This document shows, piece by piece, positions 1 through 9,105 of a stretch of DNA of 64,000 bases (position 1 is its first letter; every line of letters begins with the position of its first letter). Source of the DNA: Nanobdellota archaeon (GTDB taxonomy: Archaea > Nanobdellota > Nanobdellia > SCGC-AAA011-G17 > JAGVZF01). The notes beneath the pieces are model-generated. The model searched no databases and had not been told where the DNA came from. It worked only from the letters and a program-made list of their open reading frames with translations. The DNA lies in the NCBI GenBank assembly GCA_038046405.1, contig JBBSWI010000019.1, forward strand, positions 10,530 to 74,529, in the 5' to 3' direction. The position numbers and the translations under genes were made by a program.

Positions 1-30
1 GAACCTTTTATATATCCCTAATAATTCTTA

Positions 31-876
31 TTGTCTTATATGGAAAAAGAGGTTGATAGAGAAGAAAATATAAAAAATTTTACAACAGAACTTAAATTAA
101 AAGGTTTTTCTCAACAAACAATAAATGCTTATACAGTTCACACTAATCAGTTTCTCGAATATACGAACAAGGATATTTCAAAATTGGATGAGCAAGATAT
201 CAAAAACTATCTCTCATGGCTTATAAGTGATAAAAAATTAGCCTTGGCATCTGTTGCTTTAAAAAAAGCAGCTGTAAAATCTTTCTTTGAAGAAATATTA
301 AAAAAGAAAGTTCCGACGATAAAAACACCAAAAATCCCAAAAAAACTTCCAGAAGTATTAACAAAGGAAGAAGTAAAATTATTGATAGAGTCTGCGGCCA
401 CATTAAAGTCAAGATTAATCATGGAAATTTTATATTCTTCTGGTTTAAGAGTTTCAGAATTAGTTAAACTTAAACTAAGTGATATAGAATTAAATAACAA
501 AACGGGTTGGGTTAGAAAAGGCAAAGGTTCTAAAGATCGTATGTTTATTATATCAGATATTGTGGTAAAAACAATTGATAAATACTTAAAACATTTCAGC
601 ATCAAAGATTACCTATTCCCAGGAAAGAACTCAACTATTACGACTAGAAATGTACAGAAAATATTAAAGAAAACAGCCGCTAAATGTAATATAACAAAAA
701 AAGTGAGCCCTCACACAATTAGACATACATTCGCTACTCATTTGCTTGAAGGTGGAACAGATATCAGAATGATACAAGAACTACTGGGTCATTCATCATT
801 AAATACCACTGAAAGGTACACTCATGTGTCTTCTACTGAACTCAAAAAAATTAAGAGTCCTTTAGACAATCTTTAA
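31..876 (+). CDS. xerA: Tyrosine site-specific recombinase (XerA/XerC/XerD-like)
   Basis: 281 aa. The C-terminal catalytic box RHTFATHLLEGGTDIRMIQELLGHSSLNTTERYTHV carries the R..H..R..Y signature of tyrosine recombinases, and there is an N-terminal core-binding (SAM-like) domain. Confidence 0.7.
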   Translation: MSYMEKEVDREENIKNFTTELKLKGFSQQTINAYTVHTNQFLEYTNKDISKLDEQDIKNYLSWLISDKKLALASVALKKAAVKSFFEEILKKKVPTIKTPKIPKKLPEVLTKEEVKLLIESAATLKSRLIMEILYSSGLRVSELVKLKLSDIELNNKTGWVRKGKGSKDRMFIISDIVVKTIDKYLKHFSIKDYLFPGKNSTITTRNVQKILKKTAAKCNITKKVSPHTIRHTFATHLLEGGTDIRMIQELLGHSSLNTTERYTHVSSTELKKIKSPLDNL

Positions 877-901
877 ATAAGTTTGTACCATATAGTTATT
901 A

Positions 902-1282
902 ATGAAAGTTTACTATAAATTCGTTACTATATATGTTATTTTATTCTTGTCTATATTACTTTCGCTCTTCTTGATAGACTTAATAAAAAATACATTGATT
1001 CTTGCGGTTCTATTAGCAATAATCCCTCTTGTTGATTATTTCTGGTATTCTTTGATAACTAAAGACAAACTATTGATCAGCGAGGATAAAAGATTGATTC
1101 GTTATACGATGCACTGTAAGATATGCGGCTGGGAATGGATGTCTAACGTTTCAGACAAGATTCCTACCGTATGTCCAAACTGTCACTCTAAGGAGAAATC
1201 AGAGTTAATCGGCTGGAGAAAGGTCAGACTTTCAGACGGAAAACAGAAGGAAAAGGATTTAAGAAAATTCTTCAAGGTATAA
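902..1282 (+). CDS. Hypothetical membrane protein with C-terminal zinc ribbon (CxxC...CxxC)
   Basis: Two predicted TM helices at the N-terminus are followed by the motif CKICGWEWMSNVSDKIPTVCPNCHS. I recognise no family for it. Confidence 0.35.
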   Translation: MKVYYKFVTIYVILFLSILLSLFLIDLIKNTLILAVLLAIIPLVDYFWYSLITKDKLLISEDKRLIRYTMHCKICGWEWMSNVSDKIPTVCPNCHSKEKSELIGWRKVRLSDGKQKEKDLRKFFKV

Positions 1283-1684
1283 CTATTTGAAGTCCATAGA
1301 AAAATTGCTCAGGTCATGAAATTTGTTTATGTAATTGTCATAGCTTCTTATGCTTTTGAAACTTCTTACTCTCTCCTTTATCCTATTCAATGCTGTTGTT
1401 AGCCTCTCTTCAGTGTACCCGACATCTTCCTCGTCGAGAAGTATATTGACAAAATTATCAAAAGATTCATCAAAATTCAAATTGTATTTTACTTTTGCCT
1501 GTTTTTTTATTTCTGTAAGAAAATTTTTTGCAAACATCAGGCTGCTTTCATCGAGATTAAATTTTTTGTTTATTAAATAGGACCTGTCATTTTCTAAATA
1601 TTCTAGGTCTATATCAACAATATGTTTTGCAGAATCATACTTCTTCAGTTTTAAGCTCTTTAGCTTCAAAATTACTTTTGACAT
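1283..1684 (-). CDS. Hypothetical protein
   Basis: 133-aa ORF in an intergenic slot with no motif I recognise. Its coding status is uncertain. Confidence 0.25.
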   Translation of the reverse strand: MSKVILKLKSLKLKKYDSAKHIVDIDLEYLENDRSYLINKKFNLDESSLMFAKNFLTEIKKQAKVKYNLNFDESFDNFVNILLDEEDVGYTEERLTTALNRIKERVRSFKSIRSYDNYINKFHDLSNFSMDFK

Positions 1685-1852
1685 AGATAATAAAAATTAT
1701 CAAATCATTTATAAATTTTATCCTGCTGTAGCAATTGTATAGCAAAACATTTTTATTTTTGATTAAAACCTTTAGTCAACAATATAACTAAAACATTTAA
1801 GGAAAAATTAGAGTATTTGATGATTAAAACATTTAAGAATTGATTAAATATT

Positions 1853-2629
1853 TTATCCTAAATAATTCAGCTCGTCTTTTTGCTCTTTCAATTTGCTGGC
1901 AGACTTGCCTTTTTCTAATAAAGTTTTTAATTTCTCTTCGAATTCTTCAGCTTTTTTCAATAGAGGCTTATAATCAATTTTTAGTCCAAGATAAGAATCA
2001 AGCACCTCTATTACTTTTGCAGCGGCCCTAGAGTCAGGCAAATTAGTGTGAGTTTCGGCAAATAAGCAGCTTAATGGAACATCTTTTATGTTGAGCAATA
2101 AAGCTCCAGTAACGCCCATTACAATCCCTTCTTTTAATGGTAAAGATCCAGAAGAAAGCCATTTCTTTGGATTTTGTGAATAGAAATAAGATTTAGAGGC
2201 ATCTGTTGCATTAGGCATCATTATGGCCTGGCTTCCAATGCCCTCTATGCTGATTATTTCACCAACCTTTATTTCCTTGCATAATTGATTTAATATCTCA
2301 GCAAGCTCCCATTCTAGCCCATTAATTCCAATTAACGCATGCAGTATCAATATATTTGTTTTTGAATCATAGAAGATTCCTAATGGATCAATAACTTTTT
2401 CATCATGGACAGCCACCATAGGGCTTATTTTGTCAGAGACTATTCTCCCGATCTTCTTTGCCTTTAAATGATCTATAAGAAATTCTGTCGCTATCGTCCC
2501 TACAAGACCGAATCCAGGAAAACCCTCTATAAGTATAGAATTTCTTGGTTTCTTTTCTAATTCTATTTTCATTAGGCATAATAAACATGTTTTCTTTATA
2601 TACTTTTTGTTTGCGATGGCTTTGCACAA
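1853..2629 (-). CDS. PAC2-family proteasome assembly chaperone (ATP-grasp-like, COG1938)
   Basis: The motif IEGFPGFGLVGTIATEFLIDHLKAK is typical of PAC2/PbaA-like proteins. The true start is probably the internal Met at MKIELEKK, about coordinate 2572. Confidence 0.65.
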   Translation of the reverse strand: MCKAIANKKYIKKTCLLCLMKIELEKKPRNSILIEGFPGFGLVGTIATEFLIDHLKAKKIGRIVSDKISPMVAVHDEKVIDPLGIFYDSKTNILILHALIGINGLEWELAEILNQLCKEIKVGEIISIEGIGSQAIMMPNATDASKSYFYSQNPKKWLSSGSLPLKEGIVMGVTGALLLNIKDVPLSCLFAETHTNLPDSRAAAKVIEVLDSYLGLKIDYKPLLKKAEEFEEKLKTLLEKGKSASKLKEQKDELNYLG

Positions 2630-2714
2630 ATTCTTTTATAAATTATTGCAACTATTTTAGTTATGATTTTTGAGTAATGAACAAACATTTTAAAGATGCT
2701 TTAGAAACTATTTA

Positions 2715-3389
2715 GTGATGGTTAATCAAAAAATAGTCGACTTTATTAAAAATGCATTGCAAAAGGGTTATTCTGAAGATTATATTATCAAGGGATTGAA
2801 AGCAAAAAATTGGCCCCTAAATCTAATTAATGAGGCAATAGCTACCACAAAATCTCAGATGAGCCCACAAAAGATTCAGCAACAAGCCAAAACAGAAGTT
2901 CCAAAACAAACTCAACAAATAATAAAACCTCAACCAAAAGAGTTGAAACTAGAAGCAAAACCCCTACAAATAGCTCAGCAAAAACCAACTTCTCCTAAAA
3001 TATCAAAACCTATTTCGTTCAAACAAATTTCGTTATATGCTTTATTATTCCTCGGCATATTCGTTCTATTGACTTTTACCATTTTAGTTTATTTTTACAT
3101 GAACGGAACAATAAACTATGAAATACAAGACCCAAGTACAGGAACAAAATATAATAAATCTTGTATTCAAGAAGATTGCAGCGACTTAAGAGCTTTTGCT
3201 TTAGACTCTGTAAGAGATAAGTTTGTCCCAATATTAATCTCCGGGTTTATTTTAAGTGGTTTAATAATAATAGTCTACAAGCTTATACCCTTGAATTGGA
3301 AGAAAATATTCTTCTGGATAATTAACGGGATGTACTTCTTGTTTTTACTGATAATGGCATTTATCTGGATAAAGTTTTCTTCTTCATAA
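2715..3389 (+). CDS. Hypothetical membrane protein (N-terminal soluble domain, Q/P-rich linker, three TM segments)
   Basis: Low-complexity linker QQQAKTEVPKQTQQIIKPQPKELKLEAKPLQIAQQKP, followed by hydrophobic helices. Confidence 0.35.
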   Translation: MMVNQKIVDFIKNALQKGYSEDYIIKGLKAKNWPLNLINEAIATTKSQMSPQKIQQQAKTEVPKQTQQIIKPQPKELKLEAKPLQIAQQKPTSPKISKPISFKQISLYALLFLGIFVLLTFTILVYFYMNGTINYEIQDPSTGTKYNKSCIQEDCSDLRAFALDSVRDKFVPILISGFILSGLIIIVYKLIPLNWKKIFFWIINGMYFLFLLIMAFIWIKFSSS

Positions 3390-3430
3390 ACACAATATTT
3401 TTAAATCTCTTCTTTTAAAGGAAATAACGT

Positions 3431-3546
3431 GGGCTCGTAGCTCAGTCTGGTTAGAGCACTCGAAATATGATTGGTGAACCTCTTAACCTGCTGAAGAAAG
3501 CGAGTGGTCGCGGGTTCAAAAAGTTTTGAAAATCCCGTCGAGCCCA
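3431..3546 (+). tRNA. Intron-containing tRNA, 116 nt, with two presumptive introns; anticodon unresolved by eye
   Basis: Acceptor stem GGGCTCG/CGAGCCC with discriminator A, and D-arm GCTC-AGTCTGGTTA-GAGC. Anticodon stem CTCGA/(G)CGAG encloses 36 nt, which is 7 loop nt plus about 29 extra. T-stem GCGGG/CCCGT encloses 19 nt, which is 7 loop nt plus 12 extra, containing the inverted repeat TTCAAAA/TTTTGAA. There is no encoded CCA and the gene sits in a GC-richer island. Confidence 0.7.
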
Positions 3547-3583
3547 CATCAATAAAATACACCAATAAATTTTTATTGTCGAT

Positions 3584-3931
3584 TTGATTTTCTATTTTAT
3601 GGATACTCTGCATGATTGGGTTAAAAAACTTAAAGAATCTAATAAATTAATCATTGTTGAGGGCATAAAAGACAAAAAAACTTTAAATGAGCTAGGTATT
3701 GGCAAGGTGATTACTATAAACAAACCACTGTTTGAACTTGTGGAGGAAATAGCAAGTTTGACCAATGAATGTGTGCTCCTCTTAGATTTAGATTCAGAAG
3801 GTAGGAAACTTTATTCCTCCTTGAAAAAGAATCTAGAAAGAAACAAGGTAAAAATAGACAATAGGTATCGGGAATTTTTGTTTAGCAATACCCACATATC
3901 TAACATTGAGGGATTAAAAAATTATTTATAG
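3584..3931 (+). CDS. Small Toprim-domain protein (COG1658-like)
   Basis: The motifs IVEGIKD (conserved Glu) and LLLDLDSEG (DxD) match a Toprim fold. The start may be the second Met at 3599. Confidence 0.5.
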   Translation: MIFYFMDTLHDWVKKLKESNKLIIVEGIKDKKTLNELGIGKVITINKPLFELVEEIASLTNECVLLLDLDSEGRKLYSSLKKNLERNKVKIDNRYREFLFSNTHISNIEGLKNYL

Positions 3932-4201
3932 CAACTCCCTTATCTTTTCAATTGATTCTGCTACTTTGTCTCCGTTGTCTGTTAGCCTTATTACTTTTAT
4001 TCTTCCCTGCTTTTCAAAACTAACAAGCCTTGATTTTTCCATTTGCTGCAGGATTTTCACAGCATGCGAATAAGTGCAGTCAACTTCTTTTGCCAAAACA
4101 CTTCCATACTTGTATTTGTTGCTCTTTCTTAGCGCGACTAATATCATTGCCGGCTTTTTCCTAAAAAACACTTCGAAAATATCTTCTTTTTTTGCCATCA
4201 A
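3926..4201 (-). CDS. Small winged-helix DNA-binding protein (putative transcriptional regulator)
   Basis: 91 aa with an HTH-like segment YGSVLAKEVDCTYSHAVKILQQMEKSRLV followed by a wing. Confidence 0.4.
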   Translation of the reverse strand: MMAKKEDIFEVFFRKKPAMILVALRKSNKYKYGSVLAKEVDCTYSHAVKILQQMEKSRLVSFEKQGRIKVIRLTDNGDKVAESIEKIRELL

Positions 4202-4399
4202 ACCCCCTCCAAATCTATAGTTTTCAATGTAAATAACATAAAATATATAAACTTAACTCTTTTTTCTGTAAGTATATTAAGGATTTCTATTTATATACTT
4301 ATCTTTTTTATTTTTTCTTTAATTTCTGCAATTGTGATGTCTCATAATTAGTTCTCACTTATATATTTGTTTAAAATAATCTTCTTGAGGTGATATTTT

Positions 4400-5235
4400 A
4401 TGTTGAATTTCAAGAAGAGATTATGGATTATTAAACAAAAGCAAAAAGGAGAACTAACTGATTCTGAGATAGCAATCTCTCAGAGAATAACCAGAAGAGC
4501 GGTACAGAAGATATGGTCTGGTTATCAGAATGAAGGCATATCCTTTTTGCAAGACAAAACGGTTGGCAGAAAGCCAACTGAAACTCCAGAACATATTCTT
4601 ACTCAAATATTAAATCTTAGACGACAAAATCACGGAATAAGATCTATACAGGGCTTATTGGAACAGCAAGAGATTCATGTTTCAATAAAGCGTATACATA
4701 ATGAACTTAAGAAAAGGAATCTAGTGATACAAGAGCCAAAGAAAGGTAGACGGTATCACTATATCAAATGGGAAAGACAACATAGTAATAGTCTGTGGCA
4801 AACAGACTATTGCTGGCAGGAAAGCCAGCAATGCTGGTTAACAGCGTGGCTAGATGACCATTCTAGATTGATTACAGCATCTGATTATGTAACAGAAGCC
4901 ACTACAGAAAATGCTTTACGTATATTCGAGAGAGGAGTGAGAAAGTTTGGATTGCCCAGAGAAACATTGAGTGACAGAGACACTCAATACTATGCTGTTC
5001 TAGGAGAAACATCCAGTTTCTAGAGTATATGAGCTCTAGAAATGTAAATCATATCTATGCTTCAATTAAGAAGCCAACTACATGCGGTAAGCTAGAAAGA
5101 TGGTGGAGAACCCATAATGATGAACGGTGGGAATTCGGTAGTTTAAGGACTTTTGTTAATTTTTACAATTACAAAAGACCTCATATGTCTCTTAATTATG
5201 TCACACACTATGAGGTTTGGAAGAGAGACCTATAA
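4400..5235 (+). pseudogene. Disrupted DDE transposase with rve-type integrase core (IS481/IS3-like), split into two ORFs by in-frame stops and a frame change
   Basis: ORF1 (4400-5023) has an N-terminal HTH, then WQTDY and LDDHSRL, which are the first two acidic residues of the DDE triad. ORF2 (5029-5235) carries GKLERWWRT, the E-containing C-terminal rve block. The two ORFs are in different frames and are separated by TAG...TGA. Confidence 0.6.
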
Positions 5236-5313
5236 GGTGTGAACCTATTTCGAGATATCACATTAATTTCTGCAATAAATAAATTTAAATAAGACCAAAA
5301 ATTAGTTTGCATA

Positions 5314-6585
5314 ATGCTAGACACAAATCTTATCAGAGAAAGCCCAGATTTAGTAAAAACCAGTCTTAAAAAACGTGGCCTTGATCCCAGCAAAGTAGAT
5401 GATTTTTTGAATATAGACTCTAAATGGAAAACATTAAAGCGAGATTTAGATGATTTAAGGGCCGAAAGGAATCGAACCAGCAATTTAATCAACGATTTCA
5501 AAAAACAAGACAAAGATGTATTTGATTTAATAAAAAAATCCAAAGAGCTCCCGAAAAAAATCCATGATAAGGAACAAGAGTTTTTGGAATTAGAAACCCC
5601 CCGTGATTATATGATAGAGAATTTTCCAAATATTGTTGACAAATCAGTCCCTATCGGAGATGCATCAAAAAATAAAGTAATCTTTGTTTCAGAAAAGCCT
5701 AAAAAATTTAAATTTGCCACTAAGGGGCATGAAGAGCTCCTTATAAATCTAAATTCTGTAGACATCGAGAAAGCTGCAAAAGTTACGGGTGCAAGATTTT
5801 ATTATTTAAAGAAGGATATTGTAAAACTCAACTATGCTCTAATTAATTTCGCTATAGATTTTTTGAAGAAAAAAAATTTTACTTTGGTGCAGCCACCGTA
5901 TATGCTAAACAAAGATGCATTAAAAAGCGCTTTGCCTCTGGCAGCTTTTGAAGAGATGATTTATAAAATAGAAAATGAAGATTTGTATTTGATAGGCACA
6001 GCAGAACACGCATTAAATGCATATTATATGGGGGAGGTCTTAAAAGCAGAGAATCTGCCAATAAGATTTGCAGGCATCTCTCCATGTTTTAGGAAAGAAG
6101 CCGGAAGTCATGGGAAGGATACAAAAGGCATATTCAGGACACACCACTTTGAGAAGATAGAGCAGTTTGTGTTCTGCAAGCCAGAAGACTCCTGGAAAGA
6201 ATTTGACTTAATTCTAAACAATTCGAAGGAAATGTTAAAGAAACTCAAAATACCGTTTAGGTTTGTTGTTTTGGCCTCACAAGACCTTGGAAGGGTGCCA
6301 ACAAAAACAATAGACTTTGAGGGATGGTTCCCTAGCCAAAAGGCTTATAGAGAGCTAGGATCATGTTCAAACTGCCTCGATTACCAATCAAGAAGATCCA
6401 ACACAAAATATGAAGAAAAAGGGGCCAGGAACTATGTTCATACATTAAACAACACTGCAATCGCAACAGAAAGGATGATTGCTTGCATAACAGAGAACTA
6501 CCAAAGAAAAGACGGCTCAATAAAAATACCCGCAGTTTTAGTCCCTTATATGAACGGTGTTAAGGAAATCACCTCAGATAGATAA
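5314..6585 (+). CDS. serS: Seryl-tRNA synthetase
   Basis: 423 aa with an N-terminal coiled coil and class II motifs FRKEAGSHGKDTKGIFRTHHFEKIEQF and YRELGSCSNCLDYQSRR. Confidence 0.85.
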   Translation: MLDTNLIRESPDLVKTSLKKRGLDPSKVDDFLNIDSKWKTLKRDLDDLRAERNRTSNLINDFKKQDKDVFDLIKKSKELPKKIHDKEQEFLELETPRDYMIENFPNIVDKSVPIGDASKNKVIFVSEKPKKFKFATKGHEELLINLNSVDIEKAAKVTGARFYYLKKDIVKLNYALINFAIDFLKKKNFTLVQPPYMLNKDALKSALPLAAFEEMIYKIENEDLYLIGTAEHALNAYYMGEVLKAENLPIRFAGISPCFRKEAGSHGKDTKGIFRTHHFEKIEQFVFCKPEDSWKEFDLILNNSKEMLKKLKIPFRFVVLASQDLGRVPTKTIDFEGWFPSQKAYRELGSCSNCLDYQSRRSNTKYEEKGARNYVHTLNNTAIATERMIACITENYQRKDGSIKIPAVLVPYMNGVKEITSDR

Positions 6586-8271
6586 GGCTTTTTTAAGATT
6601 GCGTAGTCTGTAAGAATTTATTACATTCTTCGATTCCAACCAGCCTCTTCTCGCCTGCCCGATTCCAAGCCGCATAAAACTAAAATCGGCAGTTGAATGA
6701 CTGTCTGTGTTTATCACGAATTTAACTTTATACTTCTTAGCCATTTTTATCATAGTATCTTTCAAGTCAAGTCTTTCTGGATGGGCATTTATTTCAAGGA
6801 TTACATTTCTTTCTTTAGCCTTTTCAAAAACCTTGTCTGCATCAAATTCAAATGGCTCCCGCCTATTGATTAATCTTCCAGTAGGATGCCCAAGTATGTT
6901 TATGTAATTGTTGTCAAGAGCTTTTAATATGCGATTAGTCATCTCTTTGTTTCCCATTTTAAAATATGAATGAACCGATCCTATTACTATGTCGAGTTCT
7001 TTTAAGGTAGAGTTTTTTAAATCAAGAGATCCATATTTAGAAATGTTTACTTCGCTTCCTGCAAATATGGCAAGATCTTTGAAGTTTATTTTCCTAATTT
7101 TCTTTATATACCTCAATAAATCCTTATCATTCATTCCACCCGCTACAGCCAAATTTGAATGGTCAGTTATAGCGATGTATTCGTATCCAATTTTTTTTGA
7201 ATGAGCCGCCATTTCTTCAATTGTGTTCTGCCCATCACTAAACTTTGTATGTATGTGTAAATCGCCTTTGATGTCACCATATTTAATCAGATTAGGAAGT
7301 TTGTTTCTTTTCGAGGCGTCTATCTCCCCAGTGTTTTCCCGTAATTCAGGTTCTATATACTTTAATCCCAACAATGAATAGACTTCATTTTCATCTTTGC
7401 CGCCTATAAATTTATTTCCGAGGTATATACCATACTCATTTAGCTTAAATCCCTTTGAAAGCGCGATTTTTCTTAATGCAATATTATGCTCCTTGCTTCC
7501 TGTAAAATAATTCAGGGCGGCCCCATAATTTTTTCTTTCTACAACCCTTAAGTCTATTTGTAGGCCATCGCTTAATATTACAGAACTTTTAGTTTCCCCT
7601 CTTGCTAATATCTCCTGGACGTTATTCATTTTTATAAAGTAGTCCACCACTTTAGTTGGATTCCTTGACACTACTAAAATATCTATGTCACCAATAGTTT
7701 CCTTCATCCTCCTCACAGAGCCTGCGACGTTTACTAGTTCAACTTCTTTTAATTGCCTTAACAGCTCTTCAATCTCTTTTGCTATCGGCAACACATAACC
7801 CAAAAGAACCTTCCCCTGATTTTTCTCTAAAAATTCAATACCTCTTAATATAGAATCCTCGCTCTTTATACCCATCCTCTCTAAGTTTCTTATTTTATGG
7901 GACAAGGCAGCCCCCTTCAAATCAGAGATATTTTTTATTTTGAGTCTTTCATAAAGCAACCTTGCTTTTTTAGGCCCAATTTCGGGGATTTTCATTAATT
8001 CGTCAAGATCAATCGGAACTCTCTTTTTTAGCTCCTCGTAATATTTTAGCTTTCCAGTTTTAAGATATTCAGAAATTTTTTCTGCTATATGTTTCCCTAT
8101 TCCCGAGATTTCCTCAAGCCTATTTTCATTGAATATTTTTCCTATATCCTCGCTTAGAGATTCTATGTTTGAAGCAGCCCGCCTATATGCTGCGGGCTTA
8201 AAGTCCACGCCCAGAAATTCTAAGATATCAGCGATTTTGTACAAAAGTTTTGCTACCTCAATGTTCCTCAT
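6574..8271 (-). CDS. polX: DNA polymerase X family protein with C-terminal PHP domain
   Basis: N-terminal Pol-beta-like HhH and nucleotidyltransferase motifs GSVRRMKETIGDIDILV. The PHP domain shows HIHTKFSDG...AITDHS. Confidence 0.85.
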   Translation of the reverse strand: MRNIEVAKLLYKIADILEFLGVDFKPAAYRRAASNIESLSEDIGKIFNENRLEEISGIGKHIAEKISEYLKTGKLKYYEELKKRVPIDLDELMKIPEIGPKKARLLYERLKIKNISDLKGAALSHKIRNLERMGIKSEDSILRGIEFLEKNQGKVLLGYVLPIAKEIEELLRQLKEVELVNVAGSVRRMKETIGDIDILVVSRNPTKVVDYFIKMNNVQEILARGETKSSVILSDGLQIDLRVVERKNYGAALNYFTGSKEHNIALRKIALSKGFKLNEYGIYLGNKFIGGKDENEVYSLLGLKYIEPELRENTGEIDASKRNKLPNLIKYGDIKGDLHIHTKFSDGQNTIEEMAAHSKKIGYEYIAITDHSNLAVAGGMNDKDLLRYIKKIRKINFKDLAIFAGSEVNISKYGSLDLKNSTLKELDIVIGSVHSYFKMGNKEMTNRILKALDNNYINILGHPTGRLINRREPFEFDADKVFEKAKERNVILEINAHPERLDLKDTMIKMAKKYKVKFVINTDSHSTADFSFMRLGIGQARRGWLESKNVINSYRLRNLKKALSI

Positions 8272-8498
8272 TTTTTAAATAGGGTTTTTCCTCTTTTGCA
8301 ATCCAAACAAAAGCCGCCATCATAGCAGTTCGCACAGACAGCCTTGCCACATAATTTGCATATATAGTAAGCGATATTACTATTGCATCTTTTGCATAGT
8401 TGAAGTTTTTCCATAAAAATATGTATAGAAATCCATATTTAAACCTTCCCAGAAATAACAGTTAAATTTAAATATATACTACAGAATATAAAACAAAA

Positions 8499-9101
8499 AT
8501 GAAAATATTGGCTGCTTCAGATATACACGGGGATATTACTCTAGCAAGGAATCTAGCCGAGAAGGCAGAAAAGGAAAAAGTAGACCTTGTCATCTTATGT
8601 GGCGATATAACATTTCAGGAGCAAAGCACAGATAACTTAATAGGTCCTTTTGTAAAAAAAAATAAAAAAGTATTGCTTATCCCGGGAAATCATGAAACTA
8701 TAGCTACTGCAGACTTTTTGGCAGAATTGTATGATGCCACTAATTTACACGGTTATTCAGTAAAATTTGGAGAAATAGGCTTTTTTGGTTGCGGCTCAGC
8801 AAATATAGGCTTGTTCCAGTTAAGCGAAGATGAAATTTTTAATTTGCTCAAGAACGGATATGAAAGAATAAAAAACTTAAGAACAAAAATAATGGTCACT
8901 CACGTTCATCCTAAAGGATCAATAATGGAAAAATTCAGCGATTATTTTGAAGGTAGCTCTGGGGTAAGAAAAGCCATTGATAAATTCAAGCCAGACTTGT
9001 TGCTATGCGGACACGTCCATGAAGCTGAAGGCATAGAGGATAAAATTGGGAAAACAAAAATAATAAATGTTGGCAAGAAAGGGAAAATAATAAAAGTTTA
9101 A
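8499..9101 (+). CDS. Calcineurin-like metallophosphoesterase
   Basis: Motifs DIHGD, GD, GNHE and GHVH are present. This is a paralogue of the ORF at 45470-46069. Confidence 0.7.
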   Translation: MKILAASDIHGDITLARNLAEKAEKEKVDLVILCGDITFQEQSTDNLIGPFVKKNKKVLLIPGNHETIATADFLAELYDATNLHGYSVKFGEIGFFGCGSANIGLFQLSEDEIFNLLKNGYERIKNLRTKIMVTHVHPKGSIMEKFSDYFEGSSGVRKAIDKFKPDLLLCGHVHEAEGIEDKIGKTKIINVGKKGKIIKV

Positions 9102-9105
9102 TAAA

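Noticed and set aside
31-3546. Integrase + tRNA as boundaries of an integrated mobile element
   Set aside because: The housekeeping PAC2 lies between them, the recombinase looks like chromosomal XerA, and I could not find a direct repeat of the tRNA 3' end. I kept this only as a low-interest note.
4400-5235. Programmed -1 ribosomal frameshift in the transposase (IS3-style)
   Set aside because: The junction has two in-frame stops (TAG, TGA) within 9 nt and no A AAA AAG-type slippery heptamer that I can see. Pseudogenisation is more parsimonious.
8290-8360. GC-richer patch upstream of polX that I checked as a possible C/D-box sRNA
   Set aside because: Only an imperfect C-box-like AUGAUGG on the minus strand, with no D box (CUGA) at the right spacing and no terminal stem. 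More likely it is promoter or leader sequence.
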